Source of the DNA: a bacterium | GTDB lineage: Bacteria; Patescibacteriota; Minisyncoccia; Phycocordibacterales; Phycocordibacteraceae | Assembly (NCBI GenBank): GCA_021836725.1 | Contig: JAKBHL010000011.1 | Coordinates: forward strand, 94,494 to 158,493 | Direction: 5' to 3' | Length of the DNA stretch: 64,000 nucleotides | Shown: piece by piece, positions 18,933-27,744 of the stretch | Layout: every line of letters starts with the position of its first letter | Numbering within the stretch: position 1 is the first letter of the stretch | Notes under the pieces: model-generated | Databases searched by the model: none | What the model saw: only the letters and a program-made list of their open reading frames with translations | Told to the model about the DNA's origin: nothing | Position numbers and translations under genes: made by a program

Positions 18933-19550
18933 TCAGTGCTCCCGCGTGTCCGCGTCCGTATTCAATCCGTTCTTTCTCGCGCGGCGCGCGAGAAGGTTAT
19001 GGCGCCCGGTAAAGAAGAGCAGCAGGAGGAAAAGAAGCGCAACGCCCCACCGCACAGAACCGATCCACGTGGAAGTGAGGTTCCCGAACCAGTAGGAAGT
19101 TGAGAAAAGTATCGTTGTCCAAATCGACGTCGCGACAATTGCCGTGAGCACGAACGTCGAGAGCGGCGAACGGAAGAAGCCGCTTGCGGTATAGGTCGGA
19201 AGCCGCGAGCCCGGAATGAACCGGGCCGTAAAGACAGTGAGCACGTACCGGCTTTCAAGCCACGCACGAAAGGGCGCGACGAACTCATGATCGACATATC
19301 GTCCGAGCCGGGGGTGCGTGCTCGCGAGCCATCCGAGACAGTAGAGACCGATATCGCCGAGTATGATGCCGGCGTAGAGGGAGAAAAGAGCGATGGGCAC
19401 TCCGATGGCGCCATCGGCCGCGAGCACACCGACGATGACGGTGGTCGGATCCTCGAGGATGAACGTACCGAGGATGATGACGAGCGATAAGGTTACCGAA
19501 CTGCCGATCGCGCCGCCGATAAGGTGGGAAAGGAAAAGAGAGAGGGGCAT
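18933..19550 (-). CDS. DedA/VTT family membrane protein
   Basis: TFILED, GD..LY.LG, ARFIPG.R. Confidence 0.85.
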   Translation of the reverse strand: MPLSLFLSHLIGGAIGSSVTLSLVIILGTFILEDPTTVIVGVLAADGAIGVPIALFSLYAGIILGDIGLYCLGWLASTHPRLGRYVDHEFVAPFRAWLESRYVLTVFTARFIPGSRLPTYTASGFFRSPLSTFVLTAIVATSIWTTILFSTSYWFGNLTSTWIGSVRWGVALLFLLLLFFTGRHNLLARRARKNGLNTDADTREH

Positions 19551-19622
19551 GTGAACCGCTTCAGTGTACCAAATCCCGGTGCGAAACGTGCGATAAGCCG
19601 GAAGCGTATTAGAATAGCGGGT

Positions 19623-20192
19623 ATGCCGCCCGAGATGACCGATGAAGAAATCGTCCGCCGGACACTGCTCGACAAGGAAGCATTTACGCCCCTCATCGAA
19701 CGGTATGAAGCGAAACTCACGCGTTATCTCGAACGGCTAGGGGTCGGCGTCCGCGAAGATCGTGAAGACATCCTGCAGAATGCCTTTATCAAGGCATACA
19801 GGAACCTCAACAGTTTCGATCAGACGCTCGCATTTTCCTCGTGGATGTACCGCATCGCGCATAATGAGGCGATGAGTTTCTTCCGCTCCCGGCATGCGCG
19901 TCCGCAGGTGGTGCTCGACGAGGGGAGCGAAACGCTCCTTACGGAATTGCGGGATGAGGATTCGGATACGGCGCATCTTGCGGAGCTCCGGCTCTCGCGC
20001 GAGGAACTCGCAAAGGCGTTCACGGCGCTTACGCCCGTGCAGCGAGACGTCCTCACGCTCCGTTTTTTTGAAGATCGGTCATATGCCGAGATATCCGATA
20101 TCCTTGAAGTGCCGACGGGGACGGTCTCAACGCTCCTGTATCGCGCTAAACGGGCTCTGCGCGAAGCGCTTCCTGAACCATTTTCACTATGA
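19623..20192 (+). CDS. ECF RNA polymerase sigma factor
   Basis: EDILQNAFIKAY, FSSWMYRIAHN, SYAEISDIL..P.GTV...L.RA; ATG 19623 lies 7 nt after TAGAAT. Confidence 0.93.
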   Translation: MPPEMTDEEIVRRTLLDKEAFTPLIERYEAKLTRYLERLGVGVREDREDILQNAFIKAYRNLNSFDQTLAFSSWMYRIAHNEAMSFFRSRHARPQVVLDEGSETLLTELRDEDSDTAHLAELRLSREELAKAFTALTPVQRDVLTLRFFEDRSYAEISDILEVPTGTVSTLLYRAKRALREALPEPFSL

Positions 20193-21070
20193 TGCACGAC
20201 GAACAAAAAGACGACCAGCTCGCTCGAAAGGTGCTCGAACGCATCAGCGGCGAACATCTCGTTCCGCGCCCGCGCTGGGAATTCATATTCAAGAATTATT
20301 TTTTCTGGATATTCGGCGCGTTCGCGGTCGCGCTGAGCGCTCTCGCATTTTCCGCGATGCTCTTCGATATCCAGAACGTCGACTGGCGTCTCTCAGCCGC
20401 TACGCACGCGAACTTCCTTGCTTTCTTCCTTGAGGCGGCACCCTTCCTCTGGGCAGGCGCTCTCATACTTTTCATACTCGTCGGCTACGCGAATGTGCGC
20501 CGGACGGCGCACGGCTATCGTTACTCACTCGCCGTTATCGCGCTCGGCGCGGTGCTCGCTTCTCTGGTGCTGGGCAGCGCCCTTTACGCGAGCGGTCTTG
20601 GCGGCGAGATCGAGGAAGCGATTGGCGACCATCCGCCCTTCTACCGTCCTATTCTTGTTGAAGAGCGCTCCTGGTGGCTTGCGCCGGAAAAAGGCCTCTT
20701 AGGCGGACGCGTAATCTCGCTTGCGCCGGATAACGCTTCCTTCGCACTCCGCGACTTCAAGGGGCATCTGTGGCAGGTCGAAACCGGCGACTTGCGCAAT
20801 GCCGATTTTACAGCCGTGCTGCGCGGCGGCATCGTCCGTATCGTCGGCGTACCGGTGGCGGCGACCAGTTCAACTTTCCATGCCTGTTTCGTATTTCCCT
20901 GGGAGATCCGGTATGGTTTTTTCGGCAATTTTTTCCACGCGCCGTCCATGCCGCGCCCGCCGCTGTCCGCGTCCACCAGTGAAAGGAGCATCACGACGCC
21001 GCGCAGCGAACTCTGCAAGGGCATCCGCCCCTACCGGCAGCTTCGTAGCATCGACGAGACCCGCTTCTAG
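20189..21070 (+). CDS. Membrane protein, candidate anti-sigma factor
   Basis: Overlaps the sigma gene stop (ATGA); three TM helices plus an extracytoplasmic beta domain. Confidence 0.6.
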   Translation: MMHDEQKDDQLARKVLERISGEHLVPRPRWEFIFKNYFFWIFGAFAVALSALAFSAMLFDIQNVDWRLSAATHANFLAFFLEAAPFLWAGALILFILVGYANVRRTAHGYRYSLAVIALGAVLASLVLGSALYASGLGGEIEEAIGDHPPFYRPILVEERSWWLAPEKGLLGGRVISLAPDNASFALRDFKGHLWQVETGDLRNADFTAVLRGGIVRIVGVPVAATSSTFHACFVFPWEIRYGFFGNFFHAPSMPRPPLSASTSERSITTPRSELCKGIRPYRQLRSIDETRF

Positions 21071-21206
21071 AACCATTTCAAAACTCAGCATTTCCCCGAA
21101 GGGTGTGCGACAGAAAGAGGCTTACGGAGCGCGACGGCGCGAGTACGAGCCGCTTTTTGAGCACAAAAAGACGGCGTACTCCTTTCTGCCGCACACCCTT
21201 CGGGGG
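21067..21206 (+). mobile_element. Repeat family A copy 4 (right end degenerate)
   Basis: ctagaaccatttcaaaac at a stop codon; core with compensatory gggtgtgcg/cgcacaccc. Confidence 0.85.
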
Positions 21207-21372
21207 TCTGTCTTCCGCAAACGTCGCAGGCGGGCGTAATTTCCAGGACTTTCTTGGAGGCATCGCGGCGCCATTGCTATGCACAGGTGGCAGCATGCGC
21301 GACCACCTCTCTACCTGAAAGGGGTATGCTTTATCGTAGCGCTCCGCTTCTTGGAGCCGCTTTAGCAGCCTA

Positions 21373-21798
21373 ATGGCTTATATGGCGAAAACACTCTCCC
21401 TCATCTTCGGCGTTATCTTGGTGCTCTTCGGGCTTCTCGGATTCATCTCGAATCCACTCGTCGGCGCCAATGCGCTGTTCGTCGCAGACGGGGCTCACAA
21501 TCTCATCCACATCATTCTCGGCGCGATCTTGCTCGCGGTCGCTCTCTGGGCCAGTGAAAGCTCCGTGCTGTGGCTCAAGCTCGTCGGTGTCATCACGTTT
21601 CTCCTCGGTCTCATAGGGGTCCTCACCGTTCCCGCTATCGGCGGGACGCTGCTTGGCATCGCCGGAACGAACGGGGCTTCAAACTGGCTCAACCTCATCG
21701 CCGGTGTGCTTATATTTGCCGCCGGGAAATACGGCAAAGATGACGCGCGGAACGTCATGCCGCCGGTGCAATCTTCAGGCCCGCAACCCCAGATGTGA
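21373..21798 (+). CDS. DUF4383-like four-TM membrane protein
   Basis: GLLGF, HNLIHIILG, NWLN; start could be 21382. Confidence 0.7.
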   Translation: MAYMAKTLSLIFGVILVLFGLLGFISNPLVGANALFVADGAHNLIHIILGAILLAVALWASESSVLWLKLVGVITFLLGLIGVLTVPAIGGTLLGIAGTNGASNWLNLIAGVLIFAAGKYGKDDARNVMPPVQSSGPQPQM

Positions 21799-21811
21799 TA
21801 CGAAACGATAA

Positions 21812-21952
21812 CTAGAACCCCCAATCCCCGTCGGATATGCGACAGAAAGGAGTACGCTGTCTTTTCCTTCTGAAAAAGCAGCTCGTACTCGCACCGGCGC
21901 ACTCCGTAAGCCTCTTTCTGCCGCATACCCGAGCGGGGGTTTGGGATGGGTT
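21812..21952 (-). mobile_element. Repeat family A copy 5 (inverted)
   Basis: ctagaacccc...gggtttgggatgggtt; reverse-complement core. Confidence 0.82.
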
Positions 21953-22045
21953 GTGACAAAACGGAAAAACGGATTTTGAAATCCGTTTTTCCATTCCCCA
22001 TGCCGCCCTTGTGCGCCGGTACGATGGCGCGTATTCTAACGGGGT

Positions 22046-22525
22046 ATGAAACGCGCCGGGGTCGCCTGCATCCTTTTTCTCGCGTTCGCCGGCCTTGCGG
22101 ATTCCTCCTATATCGCCCAGCACGAGGCGAGCGGCACGCCGCTCCTCTGCAACATCAGCAATCTTTCAGGATGCAACATCGTTGCGGCGAGTCCGTATTC
22201 GCATCTTTTTGGCATCCCGCTCGCCGTGTACGGCGTCGCTTTTTACGGGATCATTTTTGTCCTTGCCGCGCTTGAGCTTGTCATTTTCGACCGGCTCCTG
22301 CGCCGCGTCTTACAGGGGATGGCATTTTTCGGCGTCATTGCATCGCTGTACTTCACCCTCGTCCAGGTGTTCATCATCGGCGCGCTCTGCATCTACTGCC
22401 TTGCCTCAGCCGGCATCGCGCTTCTCATGATGATTTTCGCGAGCGTCATCGAGCCGGTGCGCGGCGCTACGAAACCCGCGCCGCCGCCGGCATCACAGCA
22501 TTTCTCGATGCCGCCCGCGTCCTGA
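22046..22525 (+). CDS. Vitamin K epoxide reductase (VKOR) family protein
   Basis: Loop Cys pair (LLCNI...GCNIV), S.YS.LFGIP...G, CIYC active site. Confidence 0.9.
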   Translation: MKRAGVACILFLAFAGLADSSYIAQHEASGTPLLCNISNLSGCNIVAASPYSHLFGIPLAVYGVAFYGIIFVLAALELVIFDRLLRRVLQGMAFFGVIASLYFTLVQVFIIGALCIYCLASAGIALLMMIFASVIEPVRGATKPAPPPASQHFSMPPAS

Positions 22526-22532
22526 AATCCGT

Positions 22533-23699
22533 ATGCACCGCGTTCTCATTCCCTTGCTCGCCTCGCTCCTCCTTCCTGCAGGCGCCCTTGCCGCAAGCGC
22601 GCCCGCATCCTTCGTTGCAGCGCATTCGCTGCTTGTTGCGAGCTCTTCGCCGGGGAATGTCTATGCGACCGGCGTTTCAATCGTGCTGACCGCGCCGGTC
22701 GCCGGAGACTTCTCGGCCTTTGGCGGCTCGATCATCACCGCTGCGCCGATTACCGGCGACGGGCTGCTCATCGCTGGCACGATAAGCTCGCGCGCGCAGA
22801 TTTCCGGCGATTTTCGAGCGGCTGGCGGAAGCGTGAACGTTGAGAAACCCGTCACCGGCGATCTCATTGCCTTCGGCTTCTCCGTATACGACACGGGCCA
22901 TGCCGGAGGGAGCGTCTTCGTCGCCGCCGCGAACGCCGCGCTACTAAACGGCGCTTCAGGCCCGGTCACCGTCTACGGGAATACCGTTTCGCTCGCCGGC
23001 GATTTCGCGAGCAATGTCACCGTCGTGACAAGCGGCCATCTCACGCTCGCGCCAGGCACCATCATCCGCGGCAAACTCTCCTACGAGGCGCCGGACACCG
23101 CGACGATTCCGGCGTCCGCGACGGTACTCGGCGGCATCACATACAAAAACGCTTCGTATATACCGGATTCCGGCGCTTCGCGCGCGCTTGCACTCGTGAG
23201 TATCGGCGTGTTCCTGCTGGTGCGCATCCTCGGCGCGCTCATCCTTGCGGGTCTTTTGGCCGGGCTCTTCCCGAAGCTTGCAGAGGCGGTTGCCGAATAT
23301 GCGTATCAGGCGCGCCCGCGCAGCATCCTCCTCACGATGCTGCTCGGTTTTGCGGCATTCGTCGTCACGCCGGTCCTCTTCCTCATGCTCGCGCTTACGT
23401 TCGTCGGCATCGGTCTCGCTTTCCTGCTCCTTTTCGCCTATGCGCTCTTGGCGCTTCTCGCGCTCATGTATGCGGGCACCCTTTTCGGCAGCATGCTGGT
23501 ACGACGTTTCTCCGGACGCGTCACCGTGCTCTGGCGAGACGGGGTTCTCGGCATGCTCGCGCTCTCGCTCATCATGCTCGTACCGTTTATCGGCCCCCTC
23601 ACCGTGTTCTTCTTCACGCTCTTCTCCGCCGGGACGCTCCTCTTGCTTTTCTTCAATTTTGCCTTCCCGCGCGAAGAACATACGCCTGAAATGTTATAG
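22533..23699 (+). CDS. Membrane protein with N-terminal beta-helix (bactofilin-like) repeats
   Basis: Signal peptide; repeated V.GD...AG.S units; several C-terminal TM helices. Confidence 0.65.
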   Translation: MHRVLIPLLASLLLPAGALAASAPASFVAAHSLLVASSSPGNVYATGVSIVLTAPVAGDFSAFGGSIITAAPITGDGLLIAGTISSRAQISGDFRAAGGSVNVEKPVTGDLIAFGFSVYDTGHAGGSVFVAAANAALLNGASGPVTVYGNTVSLAGDFASNVTVVTSGHLTLAPGTIIRGKLSYEAPDTATIPASATVLGGITYKNASYIPDSGASRALALVSIGVFLLVRILGALILAGLLAGLFPKLAEAVAEYAYQARPRSILLTMLLGFAAFVVTPVLFLMLALTFVGIGLAFLLLFAYALLALLALMYAGTLFGSMLVRRFSGRVTVLWRDGVLGMLALSLIMLVPFIGPLTVFFFTLFSAGTLLLLFFNFAFPREEHTPEML

Positions 23700-23707
23700 T
23701 ACGAGCG

Positions 23708-24181
23708 ATGAAGATGCCCGAAATCGGCTCGCCAGCGCCGGACTTCACGCTCCCCGATCAGGAAGGGAAGGAGCACGCGCTTAGCGAGTACGCAGGAAAA
23801 TGGCTACTCCTGTATTTCTATCCGAAGGACGATACCCCGGGCTGCACCATCGAGGCGTGCGCGATCCGCGACCAGTTCAAGGATTTTAAGGATATCGGCG
23901 CCATCGTACTGGGCGTTTCGACCGACAGCGTCGCGAGCCATAAGAAGTTCGCCGATGCGTATGCGCTCCCTTTCACGCTCCTTTCCGATGCGCATAAGGA
24001 GGTGGTGGGCAGATACGGCGTGTTCGGGGAAAAGAAATTTATGGGGAAAACGTATATGGGCACGAACCGCACCTCATTCCTCATCGACCCTTCGCTCGCT
24101 ATCGCCAAAGTGTATGAGAAGGTGAAACCCGAGACACATGCCGCCGAAGTCATCGCTGACCTCAAGGCGCTCGGCGCATGA
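23708..24181 (+). CDS. bcp: Peroxiredoxin BCP/PrxQ
   Basis: YFYPKDDTPGCTIEAC. Confidence 0.95.
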   Translation: MKMPEIGSPAPDFTLPDQEGKEHALSEYAGKWLLLYFYPKDDTPGCTIEACAIRDQFKDFKDIGAIVLGVSTDSVASHKKFADAYALPFTLLSDAHKEVVGRYGVFGEKKFMGKTYMGTNRTSFLIDPSLAIAKVYEKVKPETHAAEVIADLKALGA

Positions 24182-24849
24182 ACAGATATTCTACGCGCTC
24201 GACGCGGAAAGAGCGCGCCCGGAAAATAGTCGCCTACCTGAAAAAGACATATCCGGAGCCCGCAAGCGAGCTTGCATACCGGACGCCGTTTCAGTGCGTT
24301 GCCGCGGTCATCCTCTCCGCCCAGTGCACCGATAAAGCGGTTAACAAATTGACAGAGACGCTTTTCAAGAAATACAAAACCCCGTTTGATTTCGCGCGCG
24401 CGAAACCCGCCGTCTTTACGCGAGAGATCTCGTCCATTCCGTTTTTCCGCACCAAGGCGAAGGCGATCATCAAAGCGGCGAAAATAATCGATAAAAAATA
24501 CGGCGGCGGCATCCCGCAGACCGCCGCGGAACTTACCGGATTACCGGGGGTCGGCTACAAGACGGCGCACGTCATCCTTGGCGAGCTGTACGGCATCTGG
24601 GAGGGCATCCCGACCGATACGCATGTGAAGCGCTTCGCGAAGCGTTTCGACCTCACCGATGCCGATGACCCGACGAACATCTCGAAGGATCTCGAGGCGC
24701 TCATACCGAAAAAAGACTGGAAGTACGTGAATAACGGCCTCGTCCTCTATGGCCGGTACGTGTGTCCCGCACGCCCGCACGAATGTGCGGTGCACCCTCT
24801 GACGAGGCTCTGGCCGCCCTCAGCGAGACGTTGGCCGAAGGCGACATGA
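24178..24849 (+). CDS. nth: Endonuclease III with degenerate Fe-S motif
   Basis: AVILSAQCTDKAVN, LPGVGYKTA, DTHVKR; C-terminus has only two Cys. Confidence 0.9.
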   Translation: MNRYSTRSTRKERARKIVAYLKKTYPEPASELAYRTPFQCVAAVILSAQCTDKAVNKLTETLFKKYKTPFDFARAKPAVFTREISSIPFFRTKAKAIIKAAKIIDKKYGGGIPQTAAELTGLPGVGYKTAHVILGELYGIWEGIPTDTHVKRFAKRFDLTDADDPTNISKDLEALIPKKDWKYVNNGLVLYGRYVCPARPHECAVHPLTRLWPPSARRWPKAT

Positions 24850-24870
24850 GAAATAAGGTACTATGGCGGC

Positions 24871-25560
24871 ATGGGAAAACGCCCGGTAGCCGCTTTCGAC
24901 ATAGACGGGACGGTATTTCGATCATCCCTGACTCTCGAACTCGTCGAACGCCTCATTGAGAAAGGGATATTCCCGCAGGAATCGCACGCTCTCTACGAGA
25001 GAGAACGCGCGCGCTGGCTCGATCGGGAAGGCGATTATCAAGCGTATGTCGACAAGGTCGTTGAGGTCTTCCAAAAACAGATAAAAGGGGTTCCGTTTGC
25101 GGCAGTGGCGGACGCCGCCGGGGAAATTATCGAGGAAAAGAAGAATCGCGTCTATCGCTACACGCGCGATCTCATCAAAGACCTGAAAGGAAGGGGGTAT
25201 TATCTTCTCGCCATCTCGCATTCGCCGAAATTTATCGCCGATGGATTCGGTTATGAAGCGGGATTCGACAAGGTCTACGGATTTTTCTTCACTTCAGGGC
25301 CGTCCGGAAACTTCACGGGCGACGTCGAGGACGGCGATCTCATCCAAAACAAATCAGCGATACTGCAGAGGGCGGTGCGCAAAGAAGGCCTGACGTTTGA
25401 GGGTTCGATCGGCGTCGGGGACACGGAGAGCGACATCCCACTTCTTGAGTCGGTTGAAACGGCCATCGCATTCAACCCGAACGGCGCGCTTTACGCGCAT
25501 GCAAGAAGGCGCGGTTGGAAAATAGTCGTTGAACGCAAAGATGTCGTCTACGAAATTTAG
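24871..25560 (+). CDS. HAD-IB family phosphatase
   Basis: AFDIDGT, ISHS, K, GDTESD.PLL, FNP. Confidence 0.88.
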   Translation: MGKRPVAAFDIDGTVFRSSLTLELVERLIEKGIFPQESHALYERERARWLDREGDYQAYVDKVVEVFQKQIKGVPFAAVADAAGEIIEEKKNRVYRYTRDLIKDLKGRGYYLLAISHSPKFIADGFGYEAGFDKVYGFFFTSGPSGNFTGDVEDGDLIQNKSAILQRAVRKEGLTFEGSIGVGDTESDIPLLESVETAIAFNPNGALYAHARRRGWKIVVERKDVVYEI

Positions 25561-26341
25561 GGCGCTGGTGTGGCGGCAGTATCGCGCGCGCGGAAGGCAT
25601 ACGCTGCCGTGGCGCACAACGCATGATCCGTACCGGATACTCGTCTCCGAAATCATGCTGCAGCAGACGCAGGTGGAACGTGTACTGCCGTTCTATGCCG
25701 CGTTCATAAAAAAGTTCCCGACGGCGCGCGCGCTCGCCGCGGCGCCGCTCTCCGAAATTCTGAAAAGCTGGCAAGGACTCGGCTATAATCGTCGGGCGAA
25801 CATGCTCCTCAAGGCGGCGAAAGAAATCGCGGCGCACGGAATGCCGCATACGGTGCACGAGCTCGAAAAATTGCCGGGTATCGGTCCCTACACCGCCCGC
25901 GCTCTTGCGGCGTTCGCCTACAACCATGACGTCGTCGTGGTGGAAACGAACATCCGCACGGCCGTTCTGCATCATTTCTTTCCGAAAAGGAAAAACGTCT
26001 CCGATGCGGAGATAGAACGCATACTGAGGAAGGTGTCGCCTGCGGGGAGGGCAAGAGAATGGTACAGCGCGCTCATGGATTACGGCGCTCACTTGAAACG
26101 TTCGGGCATATCGCGCAATGCGCAGAGCCGGCACTATGCAAAACAGACGAAATTCGCGGGCTCCGCGCGCGAAGCGCGCGGAGCCATCCTCCGAGAACTT
26201 ACTCGTAGAAGCGCAACGAGCGAGCGTCTCATGGGGCTATTCGGGCCGCTCCGGAGAGCGCAGGCCGCGCGCGCCCTTGCTGCGCTTGCCGCGGAGGGGC
26301 TGATTCGCGCCCGAGGGAACCGATACGCGCTCGCGGACTAA
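25541..26341 (+). CDS. MutY-like HhH-GPD DNA glycosylase lacking Fe-S and Nudix-like domains
   Basis: LPWR...DPY..LVSEIMLQQTQV, GLGY.RRA, LPGIGPYTA; no Cys; short C-terminal domain. Confidence 0.85.
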   Translation: MSSTKFRALVWRQYRARGRHTLPWRTTHDPYRILVSEIMLQQTQVERVLPFYAAFIKKFPTARALAAAPLSEILKSWQGLGYNRRANMLLKAAKEIAAHGMPHTVHELEKLPGIGPYTARALAAFAYNHDVVVVETNIRTAVLHHFFPKRKNVSDAEIERILRKVSPAGRAREWYSALMDYGAHLKRSGISRNAQSRHYAKQTKFAGSAREARGAILRELTRRSATSERLMGLFGPLRRAQAARALAALAAEGLIRARGNRYALAD

Positions 26342-26527
26342 AACCCATTTCAAACCCCATCTTCTCCTAAGATGTCATCTTAGGAGATTTGACCGGCCTC
26401 CGCGAGAGGTATGCGGCAGAAAGAGGCTTACGGAGCGTGACGACGCGAGTACGAGCCGCTTTTTGAGCACAAAAAGACGGCGTACTCCTTTCTGCCGCAT
26501 ACCCGAGCGGGGGTTTTCTGTCCCTAG
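26338..26527 (+). mobile_element. Repeat family A copy 6 with nested palindrome
   Basis: Spans from one stop codon (TAA) to the convergent gene's stop (CTA); core nearly identical to copy 1; contains tctcctaagatg-t-catcttaggaga (26363-26387). Confidence 0.85.
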
Positions 26528-27678
26528 CGGGAATCTTTTATGAGAAGTGTCGTTCCCGCGCCGGCGATGGCGATGAATCCGCCGGTGAGCACGAAGAGGA
26601 TTTGATAATTACCGAAAAAGAGGATCAAGCTCCCCGCAAGCGGCGCGACGAGATCCGCCAGGGGCCAGATACCGCGGAAGATATTCACCGAATTCACGTC
26701 CTGTTCGGAAACCCGCCGGAAAAAATGTATCTCGGTCATGCTTTCAATAAACGCCGCACCGACGCGTGAGATGATGAGGATGCCGAGGATCAGGATGAAC
26801 GGAGAAGCCGCGGAAAGCGCGCCGATTGAGGCGAGCGCGCCGCCCGCAATGAGAAATCCCGCAAACATAAGCTCTTTCTCCCCGAGAAACCGATCGGCGA
26901 TCCACCCCGCCGGATATTCGATGAGCACATAGGGTATGAGCATTATTGAGAACATTTTGCCGAGGCTTGACCAGGGTATGCCGAGCGCGCTGTGGAGATA
27001 TACCGGAACGTAGAGCGGCATCCAGACGTAAAAGAGATACAGGAGAAGATGAGCGAACGTAACCGACGCGAGATCGCGGTCGTGCGCTATGCAAAAGAGC
27101 GCATCGCGCATGCGTGATAGTTTGGGAGGTTTGCCTTTAGGGAGAGCGCGGGCGGCGAAGAGGACGATGAACGGCACAAGCGCCGCTGAGGCGGCGAGGA
27201 ATACGCGGCCGTAGTCATTTGAATGCGCGAGAAGCGCGCCCATGAGAAGCGGTGCCGCAAGTGCGGCGATATTCCATGCGGTAAGGAAAGTCGCTCGGAC
27301 GCGACCGGTCGTACCCTCCTGCGCGATAGTCGCTTCCAGGAGCAGGTCAAGCTGGTAGTACAGGAAGGGTTGCAGCGCTACGGTGACGGCGATAAGCAGA
27401 ATGCCGGCGATAGCGCCCGGAGATGCCGCGAGCGCGAAGAGCGCGACCATTTCCGCGATTGCAAATACGAGCGCGAGCTGTTGCGCGCCGTAGCGCGCAA
27501 CCAGGCGCGGGAGATAGGGGAAAAGCAGAACCGCGCCGAGAGCGCCGAGAGCGATCACGAGACCGGCATCCGCTTCCGGCATGAATGCGGAAAGGTAGGG
27601 GAGCAGGATATAGATGATGAGGGTCGCGAAAAGCGAGAAGAAAAAATTCCCGACGGCGAGGATGACACGCGGACGCAT
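26524..27678 (-). CDS. MFS transporter
   Basis: About 12 hydrophobic segments; GWIADRFLG MFS loop motif; ATG 27678 lies 7 nt after TATGCT. Confidence 0.85.
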   Translation of the reverse strand: MRPRVILAVGNFFFSLFATLIIYILLPYLSAFMPEADAGLVIALGALGAVLLFPYLPRLVARYGAQQLALVFAIAEMVALFALAASPGAIAGILLIAVTVALQPFLYYQLDLLLEATIAQEGTTGRVRATFLTAWNIAALAAPLLMGALLAHSNDYGRVFLAASAALVPFIVLFAARALPKGKPPKLSRMRDALFCIAHDRDLASVTFAHLLLYLFYVWMPLYVPVYLHSALGIPWSSLGKMFSIMLIPYVLIEYPAGWIADRFLGEKELMFAGFLIAGGALASIGALSAASPFILILGILIISRVGAAFIESMTEIHFFRRVSEQDVNSVNIFRGIWPLADLVAPLAGSLILFFGNYQILFVLTGGFIAIAGAGTTLLIKDSR

Positions 27679-27707
27679 CGCCTCGAGCATACCACGGCAA
27701 AAGCGCG

Positions 27708-27733
27708 GTTCGCCGGAGGCGAACCGCGCTTTT
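27708..27733. terminator. Terminator hairpin after rnj
   Basis: aaaagcgcggttcgcc-gga-ggcgaaccgcgctttt (about 27699-27733). Confidence 0.55.
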
Positions 27734-27744
27734 CGTTTGCGAGA

